Shown one piece after another: positions 13,302 through 25,829 of a stretch of 64,000 nucleotides of DNA. The notes under the pieces were generated by a model. It had not been told where the DNA came from, ran no database searches, and saw nothing but the letters and a program-made list of their open reading frames with translations. Source of the stretch: Octopus sinensis (lineage: Eukaryota); the NCBI RefSeq assembly GCF_006345805.1, contig NC_042998.1:175646001-175710000 (forward strand). The letters run 5' to 3'. Numbering within the stretch: position 1 is the first letter of the stretch; every line of letters begins with the position of its first letter. The translations under genes were made by a program, and so were the position numbers.

Positions 13302-16300
13302 CTGAAAAAAATGTAAAACATTTGACTTATTTGTAACTGAGAGATAATCAGAAATCTGAACAAAAAAGAAAATGCTACATGCACACACACACTATCTTGA
13401 AACAATATCCAACTTCATTAAATAATGATTTCTCACATATTAGCAGAGGGCCAGAAATTTATGAGGAGGAGAAAGTTGACTAAATAGGCCATATCACATC
13501 ACTGGTATGCAATTTATTAAACCCTGTGTGGAATAAAAGGCAAAACTAGCTTTAGTAGAAGTTGAGCTTGCTGTATAGATAGATAAAACAAAATAATACT
13601 TTATGGTATTTATTCTAATTCAAAATATTTTTGTTTGTAAACTAGAAATAATTTCCTATATATCCAAAACTTTAACTTGGAAATACAGCAAACTTTCCAT
13701 TAAAAGACTGAGAATTTAGATGGGACATGTTACAATTTTTGGTCTTTTTAACTTACTGCATCTTGTTTTCCATAATATATATCTCACCACGGTTTGGGGT
13801 AACTCAGTTAAAAAGATGGAAGAAATGCGTTTAAAAATGGATGCAACTTGGCACCTATTTTCAGTTAAACATCATGCTTAAGAAAACGGTGCTATCAAGG
13901 TTTCCTTTCACAATTTTTTTTTATTGGCTTGAATGTCTGACCAAAGAAACTTGAGATTAGAGACCAGACTCAAATGCCTGCTATGGAGTGTATACAGCTA
14001 AAACCTCATGTGGGACAGACAATGGTGCTAAACTGGGCAACAGATTAACCCTGCCTTTACAGTAACCTCATGCTTTAAAGCAGGTATGCAGGCACTGTCC
14101 CAGGAATTTTTCTAAAGCAATGCACAAGGTCAGAAGGGAATACAATTCCAAAAGTAAAGAGCATAATAACATTATGTAGAAGGTGCACTTCTTTTCTTGA
14201 GAGGAGGTGGGGACACGTGCACCTCAGCACTCCCCACCACCTTGGGCTTGCCCCGGGGTATAGGCGACCTTCTTCAAGCAGTGAGCCAACATGAGACATG
14301 GCTTATCATGAAGCAGACTGCACAACTAAAAAATATTCAAGGTAATTTTGTTAGGCACACTATATGGCTGCAGTTTGCCCATAAATCCTTAAAGGATAGC
14401 ACATTTGACTTTATCCAATACTTAATTTTTTACAGATACTCATGAATTATTGAAGGAGGACAAATTTCCAATTATTAATCAACCATTTATGATTTTGAGG
14501 CAGACAAAGTAATGTAACTTACCAAGGAAGACTACAAATGTTTGGCACAATGCTTGAAGTTTTAACATTGCAGTCTGAGCCTTATAACATAACCTTACAT
14601 ACATTGTACCTTTGGCTATAATATCTAGTGGAATAACTGTCTTTCTTGTTTGTTTAATGAGGTTAACTTGATAAAACTGACCCTCTAAGTCAGGGTTTCC
14701 CAGACATTTTGACGTTCATGGAACTCTTGATCCTTTATTAACCCCAGACATGTACAAAAAAAATATTTATAATTATAAAGACAGTAATACTGAGAGAAAA
14801 AACAACTTTATAATTATAAAGGGTAACATTAGACACATTCAAATAAATAAACAATTTTTTTTAATTAATTAGCTGGCATAATTAATGGAATAGATTTGCT
14901 TGATGTGTATAAGCAAGGCCACTTGTATTTGGTTGGAAATTAATTAATTTTAGTCATAAATCACCTCACTCTTCTAAGTTTAATCAGTTTCATTGCTTTG
15001 TTAAAACAACTCTATTTGTGTGGCTAAAACCAGTTTCAACATACATCAATAAGTTCATCTTATGAGATTCAGTGTCTGAATTCTCTATTTCCAAATCAAC
15101 CCAGTTAAGTAGGTGTATTTTCTTGAGGCCTTAAAACATACTCTAAAGCATCTCCTTAATTTTTCAAGTTGTATTATATATACCTTGAAGTCACAAAATG
15201 AAATGTTTTCAAATTCCCTTCTTCCAATACAGAGAGCTTGAAAAAATACTTAAAACGTCTACATACCTATAGAGATTTAAGTAAGCCTACATTGATGAGG
15301 AAAAGCCTATTAGGATTTATTTAAATTTGAATGAAAGTAGTTTTCTTCCACTGCCACTGTTTCTGTACATCATTAAATTTTTAATAGAACAGATGCCTTT
15401 TACATGTTTTTAACTCATTACACAGGGATCATCTTACATTGGCAAGAATGTTCACAACTGAGTCATACAAATCAACAAACTCTTCCAAGCTATCACCTCT
15501 TGACAACCACTGCAAAAGTAATTGGTTTTAAGTTGCAACATTTTTTTCTCCCATATCAAATTACAAACAGCCATGAACTGACCTAATATACACTTTTGTA
15601 GACCATCAGTACTTTCTTGGCAACAAAAATAGTGTTTGTATGATACACAATGAAGAGTAGTAGGTACAGAGGTATTTTTACATTAGTAAATTAAGTATGA
15701 ACATAAATTTTAAACGCTCTTTTGAAGATTGTATGCCTTAATATTAGCTCAGTCTACCATTGCCAAACCCAGAACTTTATTATTTACTTAAACAGGAAAC
15801 CAAAACAAGGTCAAAATATTTGAGAATGTTACATGTTTACAACACTATAATATAGTGAAGTTGTTTATCAGGTAGTTAAAAAAAAAATCAGAGCTTATCT
15901 GTGACAATGTAAGTGAATCCACCTATGGGGAAACACATATTACATAAAAGGTTTCACTGTCTTTTGATTTCAGCTAACAAATTATTATAACTATGTTTTA
16001 AGAAACAACACAAAATATGCAATACAGATTAATCTATTATAAATTCTGACTGTCCATTTGGGAACCCTGTTTCTCAATCTATGTTTGCTCAATATGGACA
16101 CATTATACCTTTTTGAAATCAGAATGATTCTGGGATTGAAAACCTGCCCTTCATTTGGTTCTTGAACATGCAGTATTGGGATCTGATTTAAAAGCATTTG
16201 AGTTGCTACTTCTAGCAGGTAAAGTTTGGCTGATTCACGTCATCCTGGTTGGTATTTGTCAGATGACATCAGAGATCAAGGGGGAGATAAATGACATTCA

Positions 16301-16925
16301 CTTTGTTACTTTTATGTCGAGATAAGAACTTTGGGACAAATTGGCCAACAGTTGGAATTCAACTTGGGACTGGAACAATTGAATGATTGCATTACAGAAT
16401 TAATTCTCACCTGTCCTTAGCCTCGGATTAAACATCACTGGGGCATATAGTCATTATAGATGTATTATAGTTATGCTATTTAGCTCATCTCGGTTTGGGG
16501 CTGCAGACCCAATTAGCCCTCCATGAGAGCTACTTAAAAGTCTGCATGAAGTGCAGTTTTTAATCTAGTTATATATAAATCATAAATGCAGATCATCAAA
16601 TTGTATTTTGTTGCAATAATGTATATCTTTTTATTTCATATATGAATGTCAGCTTTCAACTGCATAAGTTGAATCAATCCCTTCTGATCCCACATATTTA
16701 TTATGCAAAATGCCCTTTGGGGATTTAAATCATTTAAATTGATGAATAGGTTTTTGCTGATACTAAATAAATTTAATGGTTCTCTCATATTAATCTACTC
16801 ACAGATTCAAAACAATTCTTTGCATTGAGTAATAATGATTTGATGATAATTGATTTAATATACATCACTAATGAACAATGAAAATCTACTTCGATGACAA
16901 TTGTAAGATTATCAAAGCGACTTAC

Positions 16926-16974
16926 ATTCCACAAAGTAACATTTCTTTCTGGTGCAGAAATTTGCCTGAATATT
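16926..16974 (-). CDS. Small unknown protein, exon 2 (IFRQISAPERNVTLWN)
   Basis: atttacag acceptor and gtaagt donor; 49 nt, phase-compatible. Confidence 0.65.
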
Positions 16975-17110
16975 CTGTAAATACAAAAATTCAAAAGAAA
17001 TTAGCTTAATTCCAAAGAGTAAAGAACAGAATAACTTACGATATTACTAAGATCAGAAATGATAAGAATCTTAAAACTCTGAAATGTTAAACATTGTAAT
17101 TACAGTGCCC

Positions 17111-17112
<2 letters not shown>

Positions 17113-17183
<71 letters not shown>

Positions 17184-17218
17184 ACACGCACGCACGCACG
17201 CACGCACGCACGCACACA

Positions 17219-17270
<52 letters not shown>

Positions 17271-17277
17271 CACACAT
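17113..17277. repeat. Compound (CA)n/(CACG)n microsatellite
   Basis: Direct reading; alternating purine-pyrimidine tract. Confidence 0.95.
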
Positions 17278-17722
17278 GTAGTTACCAAGCTAGGACCCAA
17301 AAGGTGCAGCATCTTGGACAGATGTCTTCTATAGTGTGTGTGTGTATCCTTGCCTTGTAAATGAGCATCACCATCATACAAGCAGTGTTGTTTGTAGCTA
17401 GTCTTCCATTTAAAACATGTCTGGCTAAGGGAAAATATTGAATAGAGGTGAGGCCTGGTGGCAGGAAGGCTAGCTGCTATAGAGAATTTGTTTAGGGTTA
17501 AGGTTGGGGTTTAGAGTTAGTTTTAGGGTTAGGGTTACATAGATGCGTCGGGACCTCTGTATTTAAGTAGTACCGGCGTTACAATATTACGAGTATTTTG
17601 CTTTGTTTTCTTTTCTTACTTAATGTTCGTACTTAAAACAGATCAAGGTTTAATGTGAAATGAATATTTATAAAACATATATTGCTATAACATAATTACT
17701 ACAGAATAAATAAAATATTTAC

Positions 17723-17730
17723 TTGCTCAT
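17723..17730 (-). CDS. Small unknown protein, putative first coding exon (ATG AGC AA)
   Basis: ATG with an in-frame upstream TAA, donor CAA|gtaaat, and a CCAAT box (ccaatca) near 17910. It completes a 198-nt ORF. Confidence 0.45.
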
Positions 17731-18019
17731 TTTCTGGTATTATATTTCCAACCACATCAGTTGACGATGTTAACTCTTCTGCCTATCGTTCTGGAAGTTA
17801 CCCGTACTTATATCTTCTTTAATCGATATTCTATGTTACTGCTTCAAACATCTGGTAAAACCTAAACGTCACAAAATTCTCCTCGTTTTTTTTACTTCTC
17901 TTTTCTCTCCAATCAAATGCATGAAGATACAATTTCACCATTACAAATGAATTATGACACTCCACGCCCAACCAAATATCTATTTAGGTATTCACACTAT
18001 TGGAGTTAACAAAAAAGAA

Positions 18020-18159
18020 AGAAAAAAACAACTCGGTTTCAGTCCCACTGCGTGGCACCTTGGGCAAGGGTCTTCTACTATAGCATCGGGCCAACCAAAG
18101 CCTTGTGAGTGGATTTGGTAGATGGAAACTGAAAGAAGCTCGTCATATATATGTATGTA

Positions 18160-18218
<59 letters not shown>

Positions 18219-18447
18219 ATGTGTGTTTGTGTGTGTGTTTGTGTGTTTGTGTTTGTCCCCCCCAACATCGCTTGACAACTGATGCTGGTGTGTTTACGTC
18301 CCCGTAACCTGGTAGTTCGGCAAAAGTTACCGATAAAATAAGTACTAGGCTTACAAAGAATAAGTCCTGGAGTCGATTTGCTTGACTCAAGGCGGTGCTC
18401 CAACATGGCCACAGTCAAATGACTGAAACAAGTAAAAGAATATACAT
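18020..18447 (-). mobile_element. Abundant ~430-bp composite tRNA-headed SINE with internal (TA)n(TG)n
   Basis: Head ..GTGTGGTAAG..GGTTCAGTCCCACTG..GGGCAAGTGTCTTCTACTATAG plus tail ..GGTGCTCCAGCATGGCCGCAGTCAAATGACTGAAACAAGTAAAAGA. The head is on the + strand here. More than 15 copies or fragments in the window. Confidence 0.7.
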
Positions 18448-18777
18448 TCTGGATATTGAGTAGTTAGAACAGAGTTGGTAGCAACTTATTTCGGCTAAGT
18501 TTATTATGAACATATATAACGGAGAGAAGCATAAAAAAGCTAACTTGAAATATTTATGCAGGGAAAAGGAAGGGGGATATTAGCAAGTACAGGAGGCAAT
18601 TATGTTTCAGTATTATTATGATCTCATCAGCGGACTTTGTCATTCATATTTCCAGTCGTTAATGTAGGATATCTGCTAGATACTGGAATCGATTTAGTTG
18701 ATTATATTTCTTGAATTAAACTTATCTAATTAAATGAACAATACGATTCTCTTACTAAACTACCTTTCTGTTTTGTT

Positions 18778-18810
<33 letters not shown>

Positions 18811-18914
18811 AACTCAAACTGATTATCTTCGTCATGTACCTACTATAATAATACTCTCGTGTTTTTCTCCGTCACAACATACGAATGAGAAAGGAAGGGT
18901 TCATAGATGAATAA

Positions 18915-19262
18915 GAAAGGAAGGAAGGAAGGAAGGAAGGGAGGATGGAAGGAAGGAAGGAAGGAAGGAAGGGAGGAAGGAAGGAAGGAAGGAAGGAAGG
19001 AAGGAAGGAAGGAAGGAAGGAAGGAAGGAAGGAGGGAAGGAAGGAAGGAAGGAAGGACGGAAGGAAGGAAGGACGGAGGAAGGAAGGAAGGAAGGAGGGA
19101 AGGAAGGACGGACGGAAGGAAGGAAGGAAGGACGGAAGGAAGGAAGGAAGGGAGGAAGGAAGGACGGAAGGAAGGAAGGAAGAAAGGAAGGAAGGAAGGA
19201 TGGAAGGATGGACGGACGGAAGGAAGGAAGGAAGGAGGGAAGGAAGGGAGGAAGGAAGGGGC
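18915..19262. repeat. (GGAA)n polypurine microsatellite, ~345 bp
   Basis: Direct reading; source of the spurious K/E/G/R and P/S/F/L ORFs. Confidence 0.95.
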
Positions 19263-19378
19263 GATGGCAAACTGGTAGTGGAATGATGGAAATTCTATGG
19301 GGAAAAAACCAAAAGGCGTTTCAACTATGTGAGTATGTTTGTATATTTAAAAGGGAGGTATGTGAATGTTTGCGTTTG

Positions 19379-19419
<41 letters not shown>

Positions 19420-19849
19420 GCGTGCGCGCAATGGAAGTGGGATGGTGAACATTCAACGCTGAAAAGAAAAATCAAACAGCGTTTCAACTCTGTGTGAGTA
19501 TATGTGTGTACGTGTACAAGAAAAGATAATCGATGTCACATCTCAAAAGACAACTACTGGATAACATTTACAAGTGTATTATTTTGATTTACCATCCATA
19601 TTGTATCTGTTTTGTTATAAAATAATTACTACAATCACACACACCTACACAAACATATACATATTCAAACTCATTAGAGAAAATAATTATTGCCTGAGTG
19701 TATCAAGAATATAAAACAACTGCAGTTGAAAGGTATATTATAAATTTGGTAAGAAAAGAATTATTAAATTAAAACTTGACTTTGTACCTTATTTTTATAT
19801 AGAATACTACAATTAGCTGTCATTTTTGATGGCACGGGGTCATCTGGTA

Positions 19850-19990
19850 TCTATATATATAAAGATGAGGATGTGTGTGTGTCTGTGTAAATCCCTAAAA
19901 CTTGAGAACTACACAACCAATTTATTCAAATTTTACACATGCCTTACTTAAGGTCCATGTAGTGTCATAGGCCATAAAAATTTTTAACTT
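19850..19990 (+). mobile_element. Non-autonomous Helitron-like 5' fragment
   Basis: A|TCTATATATATAAAG start, similar to the 5' ends of the Helitrons at 7307 and 63945. Confidence 0.4.
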
Positions 19991-20009
19991 TGTAGTGACG
20001 TTATCCAAC

Positions 20010-20300
20010 AGTGCGCGCGCGCGCAACGTCATCTTCAGTTCGCGTGTGTGGGGTTGGAGCCTTCTGGAAAGGCAGAGGGTAAGTGCCCTCTCGCGCATGC
20101 GCGAAGACCGGAAGAAGGAAATGATGATGTGGCATTTTAGCTGACAGGAGGCGAGGGAGCGTGAACCTTAACCAAAAAGCGTCCAGAGACACGTAGCAGT
20201 CGGCAGAAGGCTGCCCACACCAAATTGTAGCAGACGTGTATTTTCTCCGCTCTCTAAGGACGCCATATTTGACTAGCGCTGTTGCTGCTGAACTTGTAAG
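20010..20300. promoter_or_regulatory. CpG-rich promoter-like region (NRF1, ETS and YY1 motifs; candidate first exon)
   Basis: Perfect palindrome TCGCGCATGCGCGA (20091-20104), ACCGGAAG (20107-20114), CGCCATATTT (20261-20270). Candidate + strand donors AGG|GTAAGT (20079) and CTT|GTAAGA (20296). Confidence 0.6.
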
Positions 20301-21943
20301 ATTCTTACAAGCTTTAAAGTTTCAGCCTTGCCACATCCATACCAAGTGAAACCAAATATACCACCTTATTTCTTACTGTTATAAGAAAAATAAAGAGTAT
20401 ATATTTTTACTGTTGCGTTTGTGTTTTTTGACTGGTAGAATCTGGAAATTAAAGGAACGGAAATTGTGAATGCACCCGAGTTGCACCCCAATAGTGCAAG
20501 AAGCAACTAATTCCCGTTACAACTTCTTGTCTAGTGCAAGCCCAGAGCAATATCATATCTCTTCCACTGTTTCAGTATCATGTGTCAAAAGTGATAGAAT
20601 AATATCTCTCTATTGTAATGTCAGATATTTTCACTTTAATACTGAAACTATTAAAGTGACACTATTATCTCACATATATACAGGCATATATACATACAAA
20701 AGAGGGAGTGGTGTTTCCACGCAGGAAAACAATATATAGGAAAATGTGTTGTTGAAAATGCACTTAAATTTCAAAAAATCGTAAATCTCTTTTTACTCTT
20801 TACTCTTTTAATTGTTTCAGTCATTTGACTGCGGCCATGCTGGAGCACCGCCTTTAATCGAGCAACTCGACCCCGGGACTTATTCTTTTTACATATATAC
20901 CAAACTAGTTTCAACAATATTTTTTGTTTATCAATGGTAAAAGTGTAAAATTAGAAAAACTGAGTAGTGAAATGCAGAATTAGGTCGGCTGATCGTGAGA
21001 ATCAAACATTGATCGCTTCGCTAAAAAATGCAGGTAGTATGGGTTATTTCCCTTGGGTTGTTTAAATAAAATATTATTAATATGTAGTAGATAGATGGAT
21101 CCATTGCAGGGGCCCTATTATCGACTTTTTTCAACAATCTAAGTATGTCACAGATCAAGCATTTAACAACATCATGTAACAATATATCAGTCCGGAGACA
21201 CAACAAGTCATATACAGTATTTCAAAGGTACACATCACAGATAACGTCACATCAACAAGTCCTTTACTCTTCAATTCACAATGTTCTTTATCGACTACAT
21301 CGACAGAGTCCTTGACTGTTCTTTTCACTGTTCAATACACCGTGACACATATCAATGCACAAACACATACCTCAATTCCTAATTGAATCTGCCAGTGTCC
21401 CATTCCTCTCAATACTGCTAAATCCTCTGTACATATCCCTTCTGTGCCGCCAAGCTTTCTCGCATCCAACTTGCTCCTAAAATTCCAACGCTTCTAAGAT
21501 TCCATCTACTCGCTCTGACTTCCAGGATCCGACTGTCTTCTTCGAGGACCGCTCACCGACTGCCAAAACCTCACTTCCTTGTCCTGACTTCCACTCCCTC
21601 ATCTCCCTCTGTTTCTACCGCTCATACCCTCTCTAACTGCCCTCTGATCCTCTACTCTATCTCTATCGCCTGCTGCCTATTACCCTCTCTATCTGCTCTC
21701 AGATTCCCTTACTGCCTATCTCTATCCTCAATCTGTCCCTTACTGCTTATAGCCTTTGTATTTGCCCTCTGCTCTTACTCTATCTTTAAGGGGTGTCTAG
21801 AATGACCTCCAATCGACTGCACAAGGCCAGAAAGGTCTCATTAATCTCCCAGTAAACAAAGGACCTGTCACTTTTTACCAGACATGCTGGTGCCACACCC
21901 AATGTGGGTCACCGGGAAATACTGCACTTAGCCAACTGTAACA

Positions 21944-21976
<33 letters not shown>

Positions 21977-23235
21977 CGAGGGACGTTCAATAAGTAATGC
22001 CTCTGACCCACTTGCAGTTGTTTGATCTAGCTGAAATTTTGCATGTGCAATCATTTATATCTCTATAGAGTAAGTGGCAAATTACAGCTCTGAATTAATT
22101 GTGGTTTCTGATTTACAGGTGTTTGAACCGAGTCAAGTGTGAAATGGAGCCTGTTGAGTGTCGAGCAGTGATCCGGTTTTTGTATTTGAAAGGACGCACA
22201 CCACGGGAGACTTTTGATGAAATGAAAGTAACTTATGGTGATGATGCCCCATCATATGACCTTGTAAAACGCTGGCTTCGTGAATTCAAACATGGTCGGA
22301 ACTCTGTGGAAACAGCTCCAAGATCTGGTCGCCCCCTTCTGCCATTGATGAGGCATCTGTCCGTCAAGTTGAGGCTGCCATTTTGGAAGATCGACGCATA
22401 ATTATTCGCCAAATAGCCCATGAGGTCAAGATTAGTACCGGGTCTGTGGAAACTATCATTCATGACCATTTGCATATGCAAAAGGTGTCTGCCAGATGGA
22501 TTCCCAGGTTGCTCACGCTTTCCAGAAGCAAGAACGCGTCGAGTGCTCGAGGATGAATTTGGAGATGTGCCAAGAAGATGAGTCAAAATTTTTCAAAAGA
22601 CTGATTATACAGGATGAAACCTGGGTCCATCACGATGATCCAGAGACCAAATCCCAGTCAATGCAGTGGAAACACCGTGACTCACCCCCTCCAAAGAAGG
22701 CAAGGGTGCAGCCCTTCGCTGGCAAGGTCATGCTCACAGTCTTCTGGGACCAGGACGGAGTAGTGATGACAGGAGCCTGTTATGCTTCACTTTTGAGGAA
22801 ATTAAGAGAAGTTATCAAAATCAAGAGGCGGGGCAAGATCAGCAAAGGCATCCTCCTCCTGCAGGACAACGCTCCGGTCCACAATTCGCTTGTCGCCAGA
22901 TCAGAAGCACAGGCGTATGGCTATGAACTCCTCCCCATCCCCCCTATTTTCCTGACCTTGCACCCTCTGATTTTCACCTCTTCCCAATCATGAAGTTGTT
23001 TTTGAAAGGAAAGCGTTTCCCAGATGATGCAGCCTTGATTTCTGAAGTCACGTTGAGGTTGGAGGACCAAGCTGGGTTCTTTTACAAAAACGGTCTCCAG
23101 AGCCGCATCAAACGATGGGAGAAATGCGTAACTCTGGGTGGTTCCTATGTAGAAAAAGACTAATAACTGTGCCAAGTTTCATTGCTCTACTGCTATGGGA
23201 AGTGGGTCAGGAGCATTACTTATTGAACGCCCCTC

Positions 23236-23236
<1 letters not shown>
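21977..23236 (+). mobile_element. mariner (Tc1/mariner) DNA transposon, full-length but frameshifted
   Basis: ~37-bp TIRs CGAGGG(A/G)CGTTCAATAAGTAATGC..TGACCCACTT flanked by TA. Transposase runs from ATG 22144 to TAA 23163 with HTH, WIPRLL, DETWVHH, QDNAPVH and (Y)SPDLAPSDFHLF; several frameshifts and an internal deletion. Confidence 0.95.
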
Positions 23237-23304
<68 letters not shown>

Positions 23305-23527
23305 CATATATATATGTGCATATATATGTATATATATGTATATATATATGTATGTATATATATATATGTGTGTGTGTATATATGTATATATATATATGTA
23401 TATGCATATATATATGTATACATATATATATATGTGTGTGTGTGTATATATATATGTATATATATGTATATATATGTGTGTATGAATATAGAGGTATATA
23501 TATGTATATATATGCGTATATATGTAA

Positions 23528-23567
<40 letters not shown>

Positions 23568-23575
23568 TATATGTA

Positions 23576-23607
<32 letters not shown>

Positions 23608-23612
<5 letters not shown>

Positions 23613-23870
23613 GGCCATAAGAAGTATCAAATGTGGTGTGCAAGAGGGGCGACTGCGCTGGTATGGCCATGTGTTACGTATGAATGAAGACAGTTGTGTG
23701 ATGAAGTGCCACTCCCTAACTGTAGAAGGAACCTGTGAAAGAGGTAGACCAAGGAAAACATAGGATGAGATGGAGAAGCATGATCTTCGAACATTGTGCC
23801 CACAGAGACAATGACAGGAGACCGGGACCTTTGGAGATACGCTGGGATTGAGAAGACCCAGTAACTAAAG
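23608..23870 (+). mobile_element. RTE-clade LINE 3' fragment
   Basis: [37 protein letters not shown], a typical RTE C-terminus. Confidence 0.8.
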
Positions 23871-24079
23871 TGAGAGCGCAGCCACGCACGTCCAGCCCTG
23901 TGAAGAATACTTCTGATGCATCCGGCAATATGATATGCTTGTGAAGACCGGTTGAGTCAAGTAATACCAATATCGTAACTGGAGCCGGTGCCCTTTGTCT
24001 GGCTCCCGTGCCGATGGCATGTAAAAGGCACCATCCGAACGTGGTCGATGCCAGGTTCACCTGACTATCTCCTGTGCCG

Positions 24080-25640
24080 GTGACACGTAAAAAGCATCAA
24101 CCGATCGTGACAGATGCCAGTACCCCTGCTGTGAAGGTGGTTCATCTGGGACACTTGACAGTACACCTACATCCACCCCATGCAGGTCTTTCAGGTCCTT
24201 CGGGAGGATATTGAAGAGCTGTGGGCCTTTAAAGCCCAGGCTGTTGCAATATTTTGTCCTATATCTTGATGGCAAATTTGGAGACTTTGGCACTATGCTG
24301 TGACGCCCTGTCGTAGCACTAGTGTAATTCTCGATGTCAAAGTTTGGGATTAGTCCCTCTAGGATCATCCAGATGTATATTATGACATATCTTTCCCCGC
24401 TACCCTCTAGGGAATAGAGTCTCAATCTCTTCAGTCTTTCCCAGCGGCTTATATGGCTTCGTGTAGCTTCGTTGGATTGCCTCAAGTTTTGCAATTAATT
24501 TTACACTGGTTGGTGACCATGGCTGGGAGCAACAGTCAAAGCGGTTTAGAATAACCATGATGGTCCTCCTCCAGATCTCTCGTTCTAAAAGTTCTAAGAA
24601 TCCATTCGGTCAGCCACTTGCATTTCATTGCCAACTTAGCAAGATGCACATGGAAGGATGCATCATTATTCATGTAAATGCCCAGGTCTCGCACTGACAG
24701 TGTCTCTGGGATTGCAATCCCTCCAGGTCCAGTGCATTTAATTGGTATTGCATTTAGTTTTGCATGCTGATAGCATTAGGCTTGAAACTTTTCAGCATTA
24801 AACTGCATGCTATTCTTCTCAGCCCACTTGTATATTTCATCTAACTCACATTGCAGGTGCATAGCATCTTCAGGGTTCTGTATCACCTGTGAGACTTTTG
24901 TATCATCTGCATAACTTGTGATCGTGGCTCTCTGTGTGGATGAAGACATATCTGAGAGGGTCATTATGAATAGTGGTGGTCCCAAAACAGTGCCTTGCGG
25001 AACACTGCTCACTATTTGTATGTCATTTGAGGTAGTCCCATTGGCTACTACCACCTGACTTTTATCCTTCAGAGAGTCATGCGGCCAATCTCCTAATTTC
25101 TAACTATGCCGAGATCACGGATTTTTTCGACATATCATTCCATGATCAACTTTATTGAAAGCCTTTGCAAGGTTGAGATATATCACATCCAGATTTGAGT
25201 GGTTGAGCAGCTGTTTCAACACTTAGTCAGTGTCGTAAAAGTTGAATCAGACTGCTTCTTCCTGGTTGGAAACCATGTTGGGTGTCAGTCAGCAAGTCAT
25301 TTTCCTCAATGAAGGTGATTAGTTTTCTTCTGACTATTCGTTCCATGACTTTCTGATGTGCAAGATTAGAAAGGTAGGTCTGTAGCTTTTGGCCTCTGCT
25401 CTGCTACCTCCTTTATGAATAGGGCATATTTTACCTCATTGGGCTTGCCTGGAAGTTTGCTGGTTGCAAAGAAGCTCTGGAAGAGGGTCAGTGGTGGTCT
25501 TGTTAGGACTCGCTTACATGCTTCTAGAAGGATTGCTGTGAATCCATCAGAGCCAGTAACTGAATTCGAGTTCCTTTCATCTATAGCCCTTATTACATCG
25601 TCTTCTTTTATATTGATGTTATCAATCATCACTGCCTCTG
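24080..25640 (-). mobile_element. Degenerate CR1/L2-type LINE ORF2 (RT and C-terminal region)
   Basis: VPQGTVLGPPLF, SYADDTKV, WAEKNSMQFNAEKF, and downstream RLKRLRLYSLE; multiple stops and frameshifts. Confidence 0.85.
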
Positions 25641-25746
25641 TTTTTGTATCTGCCGTTATGTATGTGTATGTATATATGCAATATATGCAAATACATATAT
25701 ATATGTATGTAGGTATATGTGTGTGTGTGTGTGTATGTATATATAT

Positions 25747-25797
<51 letters not shown>

Positions 25798-25829
25798 GTA
25801 TATATGTGTTATATATATATATATATGTA

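Noticed and set aside
15990-16560. Non-repetitive-looking intronic segment with a GTGAG donor at 16410
   Set aside because: All frames contain stops; the NRVPKWTVRIYNRL peptide resembles a decayed LINE 3' end.
17490-17540. Telomere-like TTAGGG run
   Set aside because: Short, degenerate and internal; more likely part of a MITE-type repeat than a telomere or fusion scar.
18872-19462. Long K/E/G/R and P/S/F/L ORFs
   Set aside because: Translations of the (GGAA)n microsatellite.
20118-20145. C-box (ATGATGA) and D-box (CTGA) suggesting a snoRNA
   Set aside because: The boxes are only ~15 nt apart with no terminal stem.
23115-23630. YIYI/VCMY-type ORFs here and at 32.3, 35.1, 37.5 and 59.6-60.7 kb
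   Set aside because: Frames through (TA)n, (TG)n and (CATA)n microsatellites.
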